In this document: positions 17,664 through 26,217 of the stretch, one piece after another | Position numbering within the stretch: the stretch's first letter is position 1 | How the letters are laid out: every line of letters starts with the position of its first letter | Source: Arthrobacter sp. | GTDB lineage: Bacteria; Actinomycetota; Actinomycetes; Actinomycetales; Micrococcaceae | Assembly (NCBI GenBank): GCA_035466775.1 | Contig: DATIUQ010000154.1 | Span: 1,092-65,091 of the forward strand | Direction of reading: 5' to 3' | Length of the DNA: 64,000 bases | Made by a program: the position numbers and the translations under genes | The notes under the pieces: generated by a model | The model's input: only the letters and a program-made list of their open reading frames with translations | Databases searched by the model: none | Told to the model about the DNA's origin: nothing

Positions 17664-18233
17664 TCAGGGCAGGGACCTGGCACTGGTACCGATCGCCTTT
17701 GCCACGTCGCTCAGATCGTTGTTCAGTTGGTGATCGCGGCCGGGCAGCCGGTGCACCAGCGCCTGCGGGATCGCCTCGGCATACAGGTCCGCGTGCGACG
17801 GCGGGACCGTCCCGTCCCGGAGACCGTGGAACACGTGAACCCGCACACCGTGCGGAAGCCTCGTTCCAAGGTTCTTCGGCAACTCGAACTCATCGCCGGG
17901 CCAGCCGCCCTCGCCGACGAAGGGGGCGGCGATCAGCACTATCGCCGCCAGCGCACACCCCGGGGACTGCCCTGCGAGCGCATTGATGAGGAGTGTCGCA
18001 CCCACCGAATGGCCGACCACGACGGCGCCGTCCGCCAAGGCCGCCAGCTCACGTCGGATGGCCGCGCTCCACGCAGCCTGGCCCGGGTTGTCTTCGTCGG
18101 GCATCCGCGGATACCGGACCTCGTACCCCTCTCCAAGCGCCCGCAACAGGCTTTCAACCAGCTTGTTGTCCCAGTCATCGTGCGTGCCCGCGCCACCACC
18201 CTGGATGAACAGGACCTGCCGGGCCGTCGTCAT
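17664..18233 (-). CDS. Alpha/beta hydrolase (RBBP9/YdeN-like)
   Basis: GHSVG nucleophile elbow, FHGLRDGTVP, GRDHQL; AAGGAGG SD. Confidence 0.8.
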   Translation of the reverse strand: MTTARQVLFIQGGGAGTHDDWDNKLVESLLRALGEGYEVRYPRMPDEDNPGQAAWSAAIRRELAALADGAVVVGHSVGATLLINALAGQSPGCALAAIVLIAAPFVGEGGWPGDEFELPKNLGTRLPHGVRVHVFHGLRDGTVPPSHADLYAEAIPQALVHRLPGRDHQLNNDLSDVAKAIGTSARSLP

Positions 18234-18357
18234 GGCGGTCCTCCTTCGCGCTGTGCCGCCGGGTGTAGTTCCATCCCAACACCCAAACTGGCCGCCCTCA
18301 ACCCCCGCGGGCGGGGCATCCCCACGAGATGCGGGAACGGCTGGCTACACTGGCGGA

Positions 18358-19017
18358 ATGACTCCCCACCCGTTCGAACTCGTGGTTTTCGACTGCGACG
18401 GCGTCCTGGTCGACTCCGAGGTCATCTCAGTGCGGGTGGACCAAAGGGTCCTCGCCGACCTCGGGTGGGAACTGGAACTGGACGAAATTGTGGAGCGCTT
18501 CGTCGGCAGGAGCGAGGCCCACTTCATCGCCACGCTCGAAGAGCGGCTGGGAACGGAACTCGGGGAGGGCTGGGACCGGAAGTACGAGCCCTGGTACCGG
18601 ACCGCGTTCGAGCGCGAACTCGTGGCGGTCGACGGCGTCGTGGAGGCGCTCGATGAGCTCCGGCTGCCGCACTGCGTGGCATCCAGCGGGAGCCATGCCA
18701 AGATGCGGCGGACGCTGGGGCAGACCGGGCTGTGGCACCGCTTTGAGGGCCGGATCTTCAGCGCCACGGAAGTCGCCAACGGCAAACCCGCCCCGGATTT
18801 GTTCCTGCACGCCGCCGGGACGCTCGGCGCCGCACCCGAGCGGTGCGCCGTCGTCGAAGACAGCGCCCACGGCGTCCAGGCCGCCCGGTCGGCCGGGATG
18901 CATGTTTTCGCCTACGCCGGCGGCGTGACCCCGGCGGAGCGGCTGGAAGGACCCGGCACCACGGTGTTCTCCGACATGCGGCAGCTGCCGGCACTCATTG
19001 AGGCCGGGCGGCCCTGA
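18358..19017 (+). CDS. HAD family hydrolase
   Basis: FDCDGVLVDSE, ASS, GKPAPDLF and VVEDS motifs; TACACT-N6-ATG. Confidence 0.9.
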   Translation: MTPHPFELVVFDCDGVLVDSEVISVRVDQRVLADLGWELELDEIVERFVGRSEAHFIATLEERLGTELGEGWDRKYEPWYRTAFERELVAVDGVVEALDELRLPHCVASSGSHAKMRRTLGQTGLWHRFEGRIFSATEVANGKPAPDLFLHAAGTLGAAPERCAVVEDSAHGVQAARSAGMHVFAYAGGVTPAERLEGPGTTVFSDMRQLPALIEAGRP

Positions 19018-19041
19018 CGGTTCAGCCGGGGTGTTGCGGAC

Positions 19042-19764
19042 TCAGCCCAGGACGGCGATGGCAATCGCGATGTAATGCGCGGCGAAGGCGAAGACCGTCA
19101 GGGCGTGGAACAGCTCATGGAATCCGAAGTGCGAGTAGCTGATGTTCGGCTTCTTCAGGGCGTAGAAGACGGCGCCGGTGATGTAGAGGGCGCCGCCGAC
19201 GCAGATCAGCACCGCCGAGGCCACATTGGCGGCGAAGAACTCCGGCAGGTAGAACAACGCGCCGCAGCCCAGGGCGATGTAGATCGGCACATAGAGCCAG
19301 CGCGGGGCGTCGGTCCACAGCAGCCGGAACAGCACGCCGAGGATCGCCCCGGACCAGATCACCCACAGCAGCAGCTCGGCCTTTGGCCGGTCCAGGAGGG
19401 CCCAGGCCAGCGGGGTGTAGCTTCCCGCGATCACCAGCATGATGTTGGTGTGGTCCAGGCGCTTGAGCACGATCTTGACACGCGGGGACCAGTTCCCGCG
19501 GTGGTAAATGGCGCTGATGCCGAACAGCAGCACCCCGGTCAGGGCATAGACGGCGCACGCGATCTTCAGGTCCGGCGTCGGGGCCAGCAGCACCAGCACC
19601 AGGCCGGCGGCCAGCGCCAGCGGGGCCGTCACCGTGTGGATCCAGCCCCGCCACTTCGGCTTGATCATCAGGAGCTCGGCCAGCCGGACCGCGGCGTCAT
19701 CGATCGGGCCGGTCCTGCGGTCCTCAGGCTGCTCCGGCCCCGGCACGGGGGTGTTGCTTTCCAT
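19042..19764 (-). CDS. Hemolysin III/PAQR family membrane protein
   Basis: SAIYH, RLDHTNI..IAGSYTP and FGFHELFH motifs; 7 TM. Confidence 0.9.
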   Translation of the reverse strand: MESNTPVPGPEQPEDRRTGPIDDAAVRLAELLMIKPKWRGWIHTVTAPLALAAGLVLVLLAPTPDLKIACAVYALTGVLLFGISAIYHRGNWSPRVKIVLKRLDHTNIMLVIAGSYTPLAWALLDRPKAELLLWVIWSGAILGVLFRLLWTDAPRWLYVPIYIALGCGALFYLPEFFAANVASAVLICVGGALYITGAVFYALKKPNISYSHFGFHELFHALTVFAFAAHYIAIAIAVLG

Positions 19765-19904
19765 GCCGCCAATAATAACCTACGGTCCAGTAAGTTACCC
19801 GCTGGTAACAACGTCCCGCGGGCAAATTCGTACTGTCCTTGCGCCTTGGCATGTCCTCCGGCGGGTAGCCTAGGATGTGCACTGCAGTCGTACAAGGAAG
19901 CCAG

Positions 19905-20678
19905 GTGAATCTCCGGATGGAAATGCCCGGGTTCCTCTATGGCTTCTACGAGCGCAAGCTCCAGCGGTCCCTGGACCCGGAGCGCATCCCGCGGCACATC
20001 GGCGTCATGGTGGACGGCAACCGGCGCTGGGCCCGGCAGTTCAACGCGCCGACCAGCCAGGGCCACCAGGCAGGGGCCGACAAGATCCACGAGTTCCTGG
20101 GCTGGTGCCAGGAACTCGGCGTCAAAGTGGTCACCCTGTACATGCTTTCGACGGACAACATGAACCGCTCGGGCGAAGAGCTCGACCTGCTCATGGGCAT
20201 CATCGCCAACACCCTGGACCGGCTGGACGAGGACGCCGACATCTCGGTCCATGCCATGGGCGCCCCGGAACTGCTGCCGGACTACCTGGCCGCACGGCTC
20301 AACCGGCTCACGGCCCGCACACCGGCGCGTGAGAAACTGCACGTCAACGTCGCCGTCGGCTACGGCGGCCGCCGCGAAATCGTCGACGCCGTCCGCGAAC
20401 TGCTGCACGACGCCGTCGCCCGCGATGCGGACATCGGGAAACTGGCCGATGAGCTGAGCGTCGACGACATCTCACGCTTCCTCTATACCCGCGGCCAGCC
20501 CGATCCTGACCTCGTGATCCGCACGTCCGGGGAACAGCGGCTCTCCGGATTCCTGATGTGGCAAAGCGCGTACAGCGAGTTCTATTTCTGCGAGGCTTTG
20601 TGGCCTGCGTTCCGGAAAGTGGACTTCCTCCGGGCGCTCCGCGACTACGCCGGCAGGCAGCGCCGCTACGGCTCCTGA
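19905..20678 (+). CDS. cis-isoprenyl diphosphate synthase (UPP synthase family; probably the short-chain Z type)
   Basis: HIGVMVDGNRRWA and DPDLVIRTSGEQRLSGFLMWQ; divergent from hlyIII, as for M. tuberculosis Rv1086/Rv1085c. Confidence 0.9.
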   Translation: MNLRMEMPGFLYGFYERKLQRSLDPERIPRHIGVMVDGNRRWARQFNAPTSQGHQAGADKIHEFLGWCQELGVKVVTLYMLSTDNMNRSGEELDLLMGIIANTLDRLDEDADISVHAMGAPELLPDYLAARLNRLTARTPAREKLHVNVAVGYGGRREIVDAVRELLHDAVARDADIGKLADELSVDDISRFLYTRGQPDPDLVIRTSGEQRLSGFLMWQSAYSEFYFCEALWPAFRKVDFLRALRDYAGRQRRYGS

Positions 20679-20803
20679 ACCGTTAATTGATGTTCACGCG
20701 ATGGCAACAAGAATCGCCGAAAAATTGGCGCGGAAACGACACACCGCGGACGTACGTTAATCCCAACAGCAGGCAACCGCCGGCTGATCGGGGAGGCCAG
20801 TAC

Positions 20804-20875
20804 ATGGAGCGGAAGTTCGCACCGGGTGTATGGGAGGCCGCGTCCGGCCTCCAGGCCGAGCCGCCTCACCAATAA
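20804..20875 (+). CDS. Candidate 23-aa upstream peptide [23 protein letters not shown]
   Basis: GGAGG at 20792-20796, 7 nt before ATG 20804; stops 35 nt before the phoH start. Confidence 0.35.
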   Translation: MERKFAPGVWEAASGLQAEPPHQ

Positions 20876-20910
20876 CAATTCCGGGCGTGCGTCCCGGGGC
20901 TGGAGTCGAT

Positions 20911-22353
20911 GTGGCTATTTCTGAACAACTGCCCGACGTCGTGACCGACCAGGGACAGAAAGCTACCTCTCGCGCCAAGCGAGCCACCTCAAAGACCGGT
21001 GCAGCGTCCAGTGACACTGCGGCCGGTCTTGCTGTTTCCGGGGAAGGGACAGCAAGCAAGGAACCGGCCCGGAGCTTCGTGATCGACACCTCGGTGCTGC
21101 TCTCGGACCCGCGGGCCCTGTTGCGGTTCGCGGAGCATGAAGTCATCCTGCCGATCGTCGTCATCACCGAACTCGAAGGCAAGCGGCACGACCCCGAGCT
21201 CGGCTATTTCGCCCGCAAGGCGCTCCGGCTCCTGGATGACCTGCGGGTGGAACACAACGGACTGGACCGGCCCATCCCGCTCGGCCACGACGGCGGCACC
21301 CTCATGGTGGAGCTGAACCACATCTCCGCCGAGGTGCTCCCGGCCGGCTTCCGCGGCGGGGACAACGACAGCCGGATCCTCGCCGTCGCCAAAAACCTCG
21401 CCAACGAGGGCCGCGACGTCACGGTGGTGTCCAAGGACCTCCCGATGCGCGTCAAGGCCTCGGCCATGGGCCTCCAGGCCGACGAGTACCGCAACGAACT
21501 CGTCAAGGACTCGGGCTGGACCGGCGTCGCGGAAATCGAGGCGAGCGAGGAGGAAGTCTCCACGCTCTACGGCCACGAGCCGGTCTTCATCCCGGAGGCT
21601 GCCGAGCTGCCGACGAACACCGGCCTGGTCATCCTCTCCCAGCGGGGATCCGCCCTGGGCCGGGTGGGCGCCGACAAGCAGGTCCGCCTCGTCAAGGGTG
21701 ACCGCGACGTGTTCGGGCTGCACGGGCGTTCGGCCGAGCAGCGGCTGGCGATCGACCTGCTGATGGACCCCTCCGTGGGGATCGTGTCCCTCGGCGGGCG
21801 TGCGGGCACGGGGAAGTCCGCCCTGGCCCTCTGCGCGGGCCTGGAGGCCGTCCTGGAACGACGGGAACACCGCAAGGTGATCGTCTTCCGGCCGCTCTAC
21901 GCCGTGGGCGGCCAGGAACTCGGCTACCTGCCCGGCTCCGAGGCGGAGAAAATGAACCCGTGGGCGCAGGCCGTCTTCGACACCCTCGGCGCCCTGGTCA
22001 GCCAGGAAGTCGTGGAGGAGGTCATGGACCGCGGCATGCTCGAGGTGATGCCGCTGACCCACATCCGTGGCCGTTCCCTGCACGACGCCTTCGTGATCGT
22101 GGACGAGGCCCAGTCGCTCGAGAAGAACGTCCTTCTCACGGTCATGAGCCGGATCGGGCAGAACTCCAAGATCGTCCTCACCCACGACGTCGCCCAGCGC
22201 GACAACCTCCGGGTCGGCCGGCACGACGGCGTTGCCGCCGTCGTCGAGACGCTCAAGGGCCACCCGCTCTTCGGCCACGTCACCCTGACGCGGTCGGAGC
22301 GCTCGCCGATTGCGGCTTTGGTGACGGATCTGCTGGAGGGGGCGGAGATCTAG
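20911..22353 (+). CDS. phoH: PhoH2-type protein (PIN RNase domain plus PhoH ATPase/helicase)
   Basis: [14 protein letters not shown] and VSKD PIN motifs; GRAGTGKS Walker A, RGRSL, IVDEAQ; GGAG SD before GTG 20911. Confidence 0.9.
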   Translation: MAISEQLPDVVTDQGQKATSRAKRATSKTGAASSDTAAGLAVSGEGTASKEPARSFVIDTSVLLSDPRALLRFAEHEVILPIVVITELEGKRHDPELGYFARKALRLLDDLRVEHNGLDRPIPLGHDGGTLMVELNHISAEVLPAGFRGGDNDSRILAVAKNLANEGRDVTVVSKDLPMRVKASAMGLQADEYRNELVKDSGWTGVAEIEASEEEVSTLYGHEPVFIPEAAELPTNTGLVILSQRGSALGRVGADKQVRLVKGDRDVFGLHGRSAEQRLAIDLLMDPSVGIVSLGGRAGTGKSALALCAGLEAVLERREHRKVIVFRPLYAVGGQELGYLPGSEAEKMNPWAQAVFDTLGALVSQEVVEEVMDRGMLEVMPLTHIRGRSLHDAFVIVDEAQSLEKNVLLTVMSRIGQNSKIVLTHDVAQRDNLRVGRHDGVAAVVETLKGHPLFGHVTLTRSERSPIAALVTDLLEGAEI

Positions 22354-22383
22354 GCGCTTTTGCAGTTCGGTCGTCTTTTCGAG

Positions 22384-22510
22384 GGGCCGTGGCCGGGTTC
22401 GCATGGCCACGGCTCCTTCGCCGTCGTGCCGTGGTCGGGTTTGCCGGGCCGCGGGCCCTTCGGTGCGGGGCGTGGTTGGGTTCGCCGGGCCGCGGGCCCT
22501 TCGCCGTCGC
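22384..22510 (+). repeat. 3 x ~41-42 bp degenerate tandem repeat
   Basis: Units begin at 22384, 22426 and 22467; consensus (G/C)CGTGG..GGGTT(C/T)GC.GGGCC.CGG(G/C)(C/T)CCTTCG. Confidence 0.75.
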
Positions 22511-22656
22511 TTAGACACGTCCCGTCGGCCCCGCCGGTCGCTGGGCGACCTTTGGGGCCGACGTGCCGCGATGCGCTCCTACGCGAAGAACCCGCGGACC
22601 GGCTGGTTCTCGACTCACCTGCGCGGTGCCGTCGCCCCGCTTAGGGGCCGATGTTG

Positions 22657-23307
22657 CTACTGGTGGATGCCCAGGAATTTCGCTGTGGCTTCGTGGCCTT
22701 CGACCTGCAGTTGCCAGTCGGGGCGCTTGAAGGTCGCCGGGGTGAGGCGGACTTTCTGGGCGTCCTGGCGCTGGCCGCCCCAGTTCGTGCGGGTGGTGCC
22801 GTTAAGTTCGTAGCCGAGGGAACGGGAGACGCCGAGGGACTGCTGGTTCCAGGCGGCCGCCTCGGATTCCGCGACTTCGGCGCCGAGCCAGTCGAAGGCG
22901 TAGAGGGCGACGGCGGCGCGCATCTCCTTGCCGAATCCACGGCCGTGCACGCTCTGCCGGAGCCAGGAACCCGTGCCGACCGTCTTCAGGGTGGCGAAGT
23001 CCTTGGCCTCGACGTCCTGGCAGCCGATGAAGTCGCCGTCGTGCCAGATGCCCAGCAGCAGCGTCCATTCCTCCGGCGACATGGTCCCGCGGCACCGCCA
23101 GTACCACTGCGCCATATTGGAGCCGAGCTCTTCGGCCGGGGCCTCCGCCCACGGTTTGCTGAAGGGGCTGCGGCCGGGTTCGTGGATGCCGCTCAGGGCC
23201 GCCTGCACGGCTGCCGGGATCTCCTCGTCGCGGATGGGCCGCAGCACCAGGCGGGGGGTGGTCAGGGTCAGGCCGAAGGGTGGCCAGTAGCGGGCGGGCT
23301 CAGTCAT
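22657..23307 (-). CDS. GNAT acetyltransferase (RimJ/RimL-like)
   Basis: TPRLVLRP, TGSWLRQSVHGRGFGKEM and NQQSLGVSRSLGY motifs; TAGGCT-N6-ATG. Confidence 0.85.
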   Translation of the reverse strand: MTEPARYWPPFGLTLTTPRLVLRPIRDEEIPAAVQAALSGIHEPGRSPFSKPWAEAPAEELGSNMAQWYWRCRGTMSPEEWTLLLGIWHDGDFIGCQDVEAKDFATLKTVGTGSWLRQSVHGRGFGKEMRAAVALYAFDWLGAEVAESEAAAWNQQSLGVSRSLGYELNGTTRTNWGGQRQDAQKVRLTPATFKRPDWQLQVEGHEATAKFLGIHQ

Positions 23308-23355
23308 CCGGGAAGCCTAGCCCAGCGTGGAACAGTCAGCGAGTCACACGCGCGC

Positions 23356-24183
23356 TCAGCCTGCCGGGAGTTCCCAGCTGATGTGCCGGCGGACATCCGT
23401 CAGATTCATGGACTCGGCGAGGAACAGGTCATCGAGCATGTATTCGTCCACCCCCAGGATCCGGAGCCAGTGCCCGTATTCCTCGGGCCCGTCCCCGTCC
23501 TGTCCGCCGTCCAGCCAGCGGCTCGCGACACAGACGCCCGTGCCGGCGTCGACCCTCACCAGGGTGCGGCCGGGCCGGCACAGCGGCGAAGCCGGGTCGC
23601 TGGGGCGGTACCCGGGGTTCGGGGTGACGGTGACTTCCAGCGCGGGGCGGCCCTCGTGGAGGACTTCGGTAATAGTGCCCAGCTCCACGGCATTGGAGTT
23701 GGGGAATTCGAGCGGCACGGGGGCGTTGCCTGCCAGTTCCACGGGGTCCAGCGCGGCGGCAAAGCGGCCGTTGCCGAAGCCGGGCTCGCCGTAGGCTGCT
23801 TCGGGCCGGCGCCGGACCAGGCCGCGGTCGTCGTAGACCGGGGTGACGAGGTGGGGCGGCAGCAGCCAGGTCTTCCTGGTGGAGCGGGTGTAGAAAACGT
23901 CGCGGGAATCATTGATCCCGGTGGTGCTTTGCAGGACCAGCCCGTCCGCGGTCTCCAGCCGCAGGGCACCGGGACGGCGCAGCCACGCGCGGACCAGGTC
24001 CGGAGCCGCTGCTGCTTCAGGGGTGCCCGGATCGGCGGCAAGGGGCCGGTCCAGGTACTCAAAGCGCAGGGAATGCCACTTCCACGGAGAGGAACGGCAC
24101 AGGTTCCGGAAGGCGGCCGCCTGCTCCGAGGCATCCCCGGGCGGGCGCGGCTCGCGCCGGTTCGAGTTGTCCCATGCGGCCAT
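23356..24183 (-). CDS. Hypothetical protein (possible LolA-like fold)
   Basis: Long ORF filling the gap, TAAACT-N6-ATG at 24183; no family recognised with certainty. Confidence 0.7.
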   Translation of the reverse strand: MAAWDNSNRREPRPPGDASEQAAAFRNLCRSSPWKWHSLRFEYLDRPLAADPGTPEAAAAPDLVRAWLRRPGALRLETADGLVLQSTTGINDSRDVFYTRSTRKTWLLPPHLVTPVYDDRGLVRRRPEAAYGEPGFGNGRFAAALDPVELAGNAPVPLEFPNSNAVELGTITEVLHEGRPALEVTVTPNPGYRPSDPASPLCRPGRTLVRVDAGTGVCVASRWLDGGQDGDGPEEYGHWLRILGVDEYMLDDLFLAESMNLTDVRRHISWELPAG

Positions 24184-24242
24184 ATCCACAGTTTACGCGC
24201 GGGCCCGGCCCTGTCAGCCGGAATTTCCAGTAGCATCCGAGG

Positions 24243-24806
24243 GTGATCCAACGACTCGGCGGACTGGGGGAAGCGACCCCGCTGGCCTTCTGGCTGGTGC
24301 TGATGGCGTGCGCCTATCTGGCCGTCGCGGCCGTCCGACTCACGGTCATTGACGTCCGCCACCATCTGCTGCCGGACCGGATCGTCTTTCCGGCCTATGC
24401 CGTCGCCGGGGTGCTGCTGCTGGGCGCAGCGGCGGTTCACGCGGCGTCGGGCGCCGCTGCCTCGGCGGTAGTACCCGACGGCGGCGCCGGGCTGTTTGGC
24501 GTGCCCGGGCTCCGCATTGTGGCCGGCGGAGCAGCATTGTGGCTGTTCTATTTCCTGCTGCGGGCCGTCTACCCGCCGGGGATGGGGTTTGGCGACGTCA
24601 AGCTGGCGGGCGTCCTCGGGATGTATCTGGGGTTCCTTGGCTGGCCGCACGTCTTTGCCGGGACCTTCGCTGCGTTTCTCTTCGGCGGCCTGTGGAGCCT
24701 GGCCCTGCTGGTCTCGCGGCGCGGCAGCCTGAAGTCGAGCATTCCCTTTGGGCCGTTCATGCTGGCCGGCACCGCCGCGGCCATGGCCCTGCTGCCGGCG
24801 GCCTGA
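24243..24806 (+). CDS. Prepilin peptidase (A24 family)
   Basis: IDVRHHLLPD and GMGFGDVKLA aspartate motifs, IPFGPFM; TAGCAT-N6-GTG. Confidence 0.85.
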   Translation: MIQRLGGLGEATPLAFWLVLMACAYLAVAAVRLTVIDVRHHLLPDRIVFPAYAVAGVLLLGAAAVHAASGAAASAVVPDGGAGLFGVPGLRIVAGGAALWLFYFLLRAVYPPGMGFGDVKLAGVLGMYLGFLGWPHVFAGTFAAFLFGGLWSLALLVSRRGSLKSSIPFGPFMLAGTAAAMALLPAA

Positions 24807-24848
24807 GGCACGGTTCGGCGCCCCGCGTACTTTGGCTAGGCTGGCGGG

Positions 24849-25319
24849 ATGGCTACCCCCGACTTCATCCTCAAGCTCCGCGCAAAGATTGGCCACGAGA
24901 CCCTCTGGATTCCCGGCGCCCGGGCCGTGGTGTTCGACGACGCCGGCAGGGTCCTTCTTGGCCAGCGGGCCGACAACGGCCAGTGGGGTCTGATCACCGG
25001 AATCCTGGAGCCCGGTGAAGAGCCGGCGGCGGGCATGCTGCGGGAAGTCCTGGAGGAGACCGGCGTCGTGGCCGCCGCAGAACGGCTCGTTTCGGTGGAC
25101 GCCGTCGGGCCCACCACGTATCCGAACGGGGACGTCTGCCACTTCCTTACCCTCGTCTTCAAGTGCCGCTACGTCTCCGGGGAGGCGCGCGTCAACGACG
25201 ACGAATCCCTCGCCGTGGGCTGGTTCTTCCCGGAGGAGTTTCCTGCGCTGATGCCCGGGCATTTGGAGAGCATCGACCGCGCGGCGCAGCCGGACGGTGC
25301 CGCCCACTTCCGGCGCTGA
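24849..25319 (+). CDS. NUDIX hydrolase
   Basis: Nudix box GILEPGEEPAAGMLREVLEETG; TAGGCT-N6-ATG. Confidence 0.9.
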   Translation: MATPDFILKLRAKIGHETLWIPGARAVVFDDAGRVLLGQRADNGQWGLITGILEPGEEPAAGMLREVLEETGVVAAAERLVSVDAVGPTTYPNGDVCHFLTLVFKCRYVSGEARVNDDESLAVGWFFPEEFPALMPGHLESIDRAAQPDGAAHFRR

Positions 25320-25435
25320 CGCCTGAGGGATTCGGTGGTTCCTCTTTTTGTCGGTGCCCCGCAGTAGCCTGCTCCTGTCCAGCCAGACGCTGGGGAGAGC
25401 AGGTCCGGGTGCGCCCGGACCGGAAATGGGGAAGC

Positions 25436-26107
25436 ATGACCGACGCCGCACTGACTCACGTGTACGTTCTCCTGGACCGATCGGGGTCCATGAGTGCCAT
25501 TGCCGACGACACGGTGGGCGGGTTCGCGGCGTTCGTTCGTGACCAGCAGTCCGTGGCCGGCCGCTGCCGGCTCTCCCTTGCTCAGTTCGACGACAGCTAC
25601 GAGCGGGTCTATGCCGCCGTCGACATCCGGGACGTTCCGCCGCTGGACCTCCAGCCGCGCGGAAGCACGGCCCTGCACGATGCCATGATCCGGCTGATCG
25701 GCGAGGCCGGAGCGGAGCTAGCCGCCCTGCCTGAGGACCAGCGGCCCGGGACGGTGCTCGTGGCCGTCCTGACCGACGGCCACGAGAACTCCTCGCGGGA
25801 GGCCACGGGCGCCATGGTCAAGGAGCTGGTCGAGCGGCAGCAGGCCCAGTGGGGCTGGCAGTTCACCTATCTGGGCGCCAACCAGGACGCCGTGCTGACC
25901 GCTCACGGGCTCGGCATCCGGGCCGAGGACGCCCTCACCTACGCCGCGGGAAACGTGGATGCTGCCTTCTCGGTCCAGTCGGCCAAGACGCGGCGGCTTA
26001 GGGAGGCGAGGGCCGGCGGGGCGAGCCTGGCCGACGCTGCTGCCGCGGCGGCCTACACGGCGGACGAGCGGCAGGCGGCCGGCGGAAGAGGAATGCCGCT
26101 GCCCTAA
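25436..26107 (+). CDS. Stand-alone von Willebrand factor A domain protein
   Basis: MIDAS residues LLDRSGSM, GSTAL and LTDGHEN; start at ATG 25436. Confidence 0.8.
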   Translation: MTDAALTHVYVLLDRSGSMSAIADDTVGGFAAFVRDQQSVAGRCRLSLAQFDDSYERVYAAVDIRDVPPLDLQPRGSTALHDAMIRLIGEAGAELAALPEDQRPGTVLVAVLTDGHENSSREATGAMVKELVERQQAQWGWQFTYLGANQDAVLTAHGLGIRAEDALTYAAGNVDAAFSVQSAKTRRLREARAGGASLADAAAAAAYTADERQAAGGRGMPLP

Positions 26108-26132
26108 ACGTCCTGCGCGGGCAGCACGCACA

Positions 26133-26174
26133 ACGGCGGCCGGCGCCTTTCGCAGGAAAGGTGCCGGCCGCCGT
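26133..26174. terminator. Hairpin between convergent vWA gene and fumC
   Basis: ACGGCGGCCGGCGCCTTTC-GCAG-GAAAGGTGCCGGCCGCCGT. Confidence 0.75.
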
Positions 26175-26217
26175 CGGACGCTGCCGCCCGGACGGGCGCG
26201 GCAGCAGGGCGTGGGTG

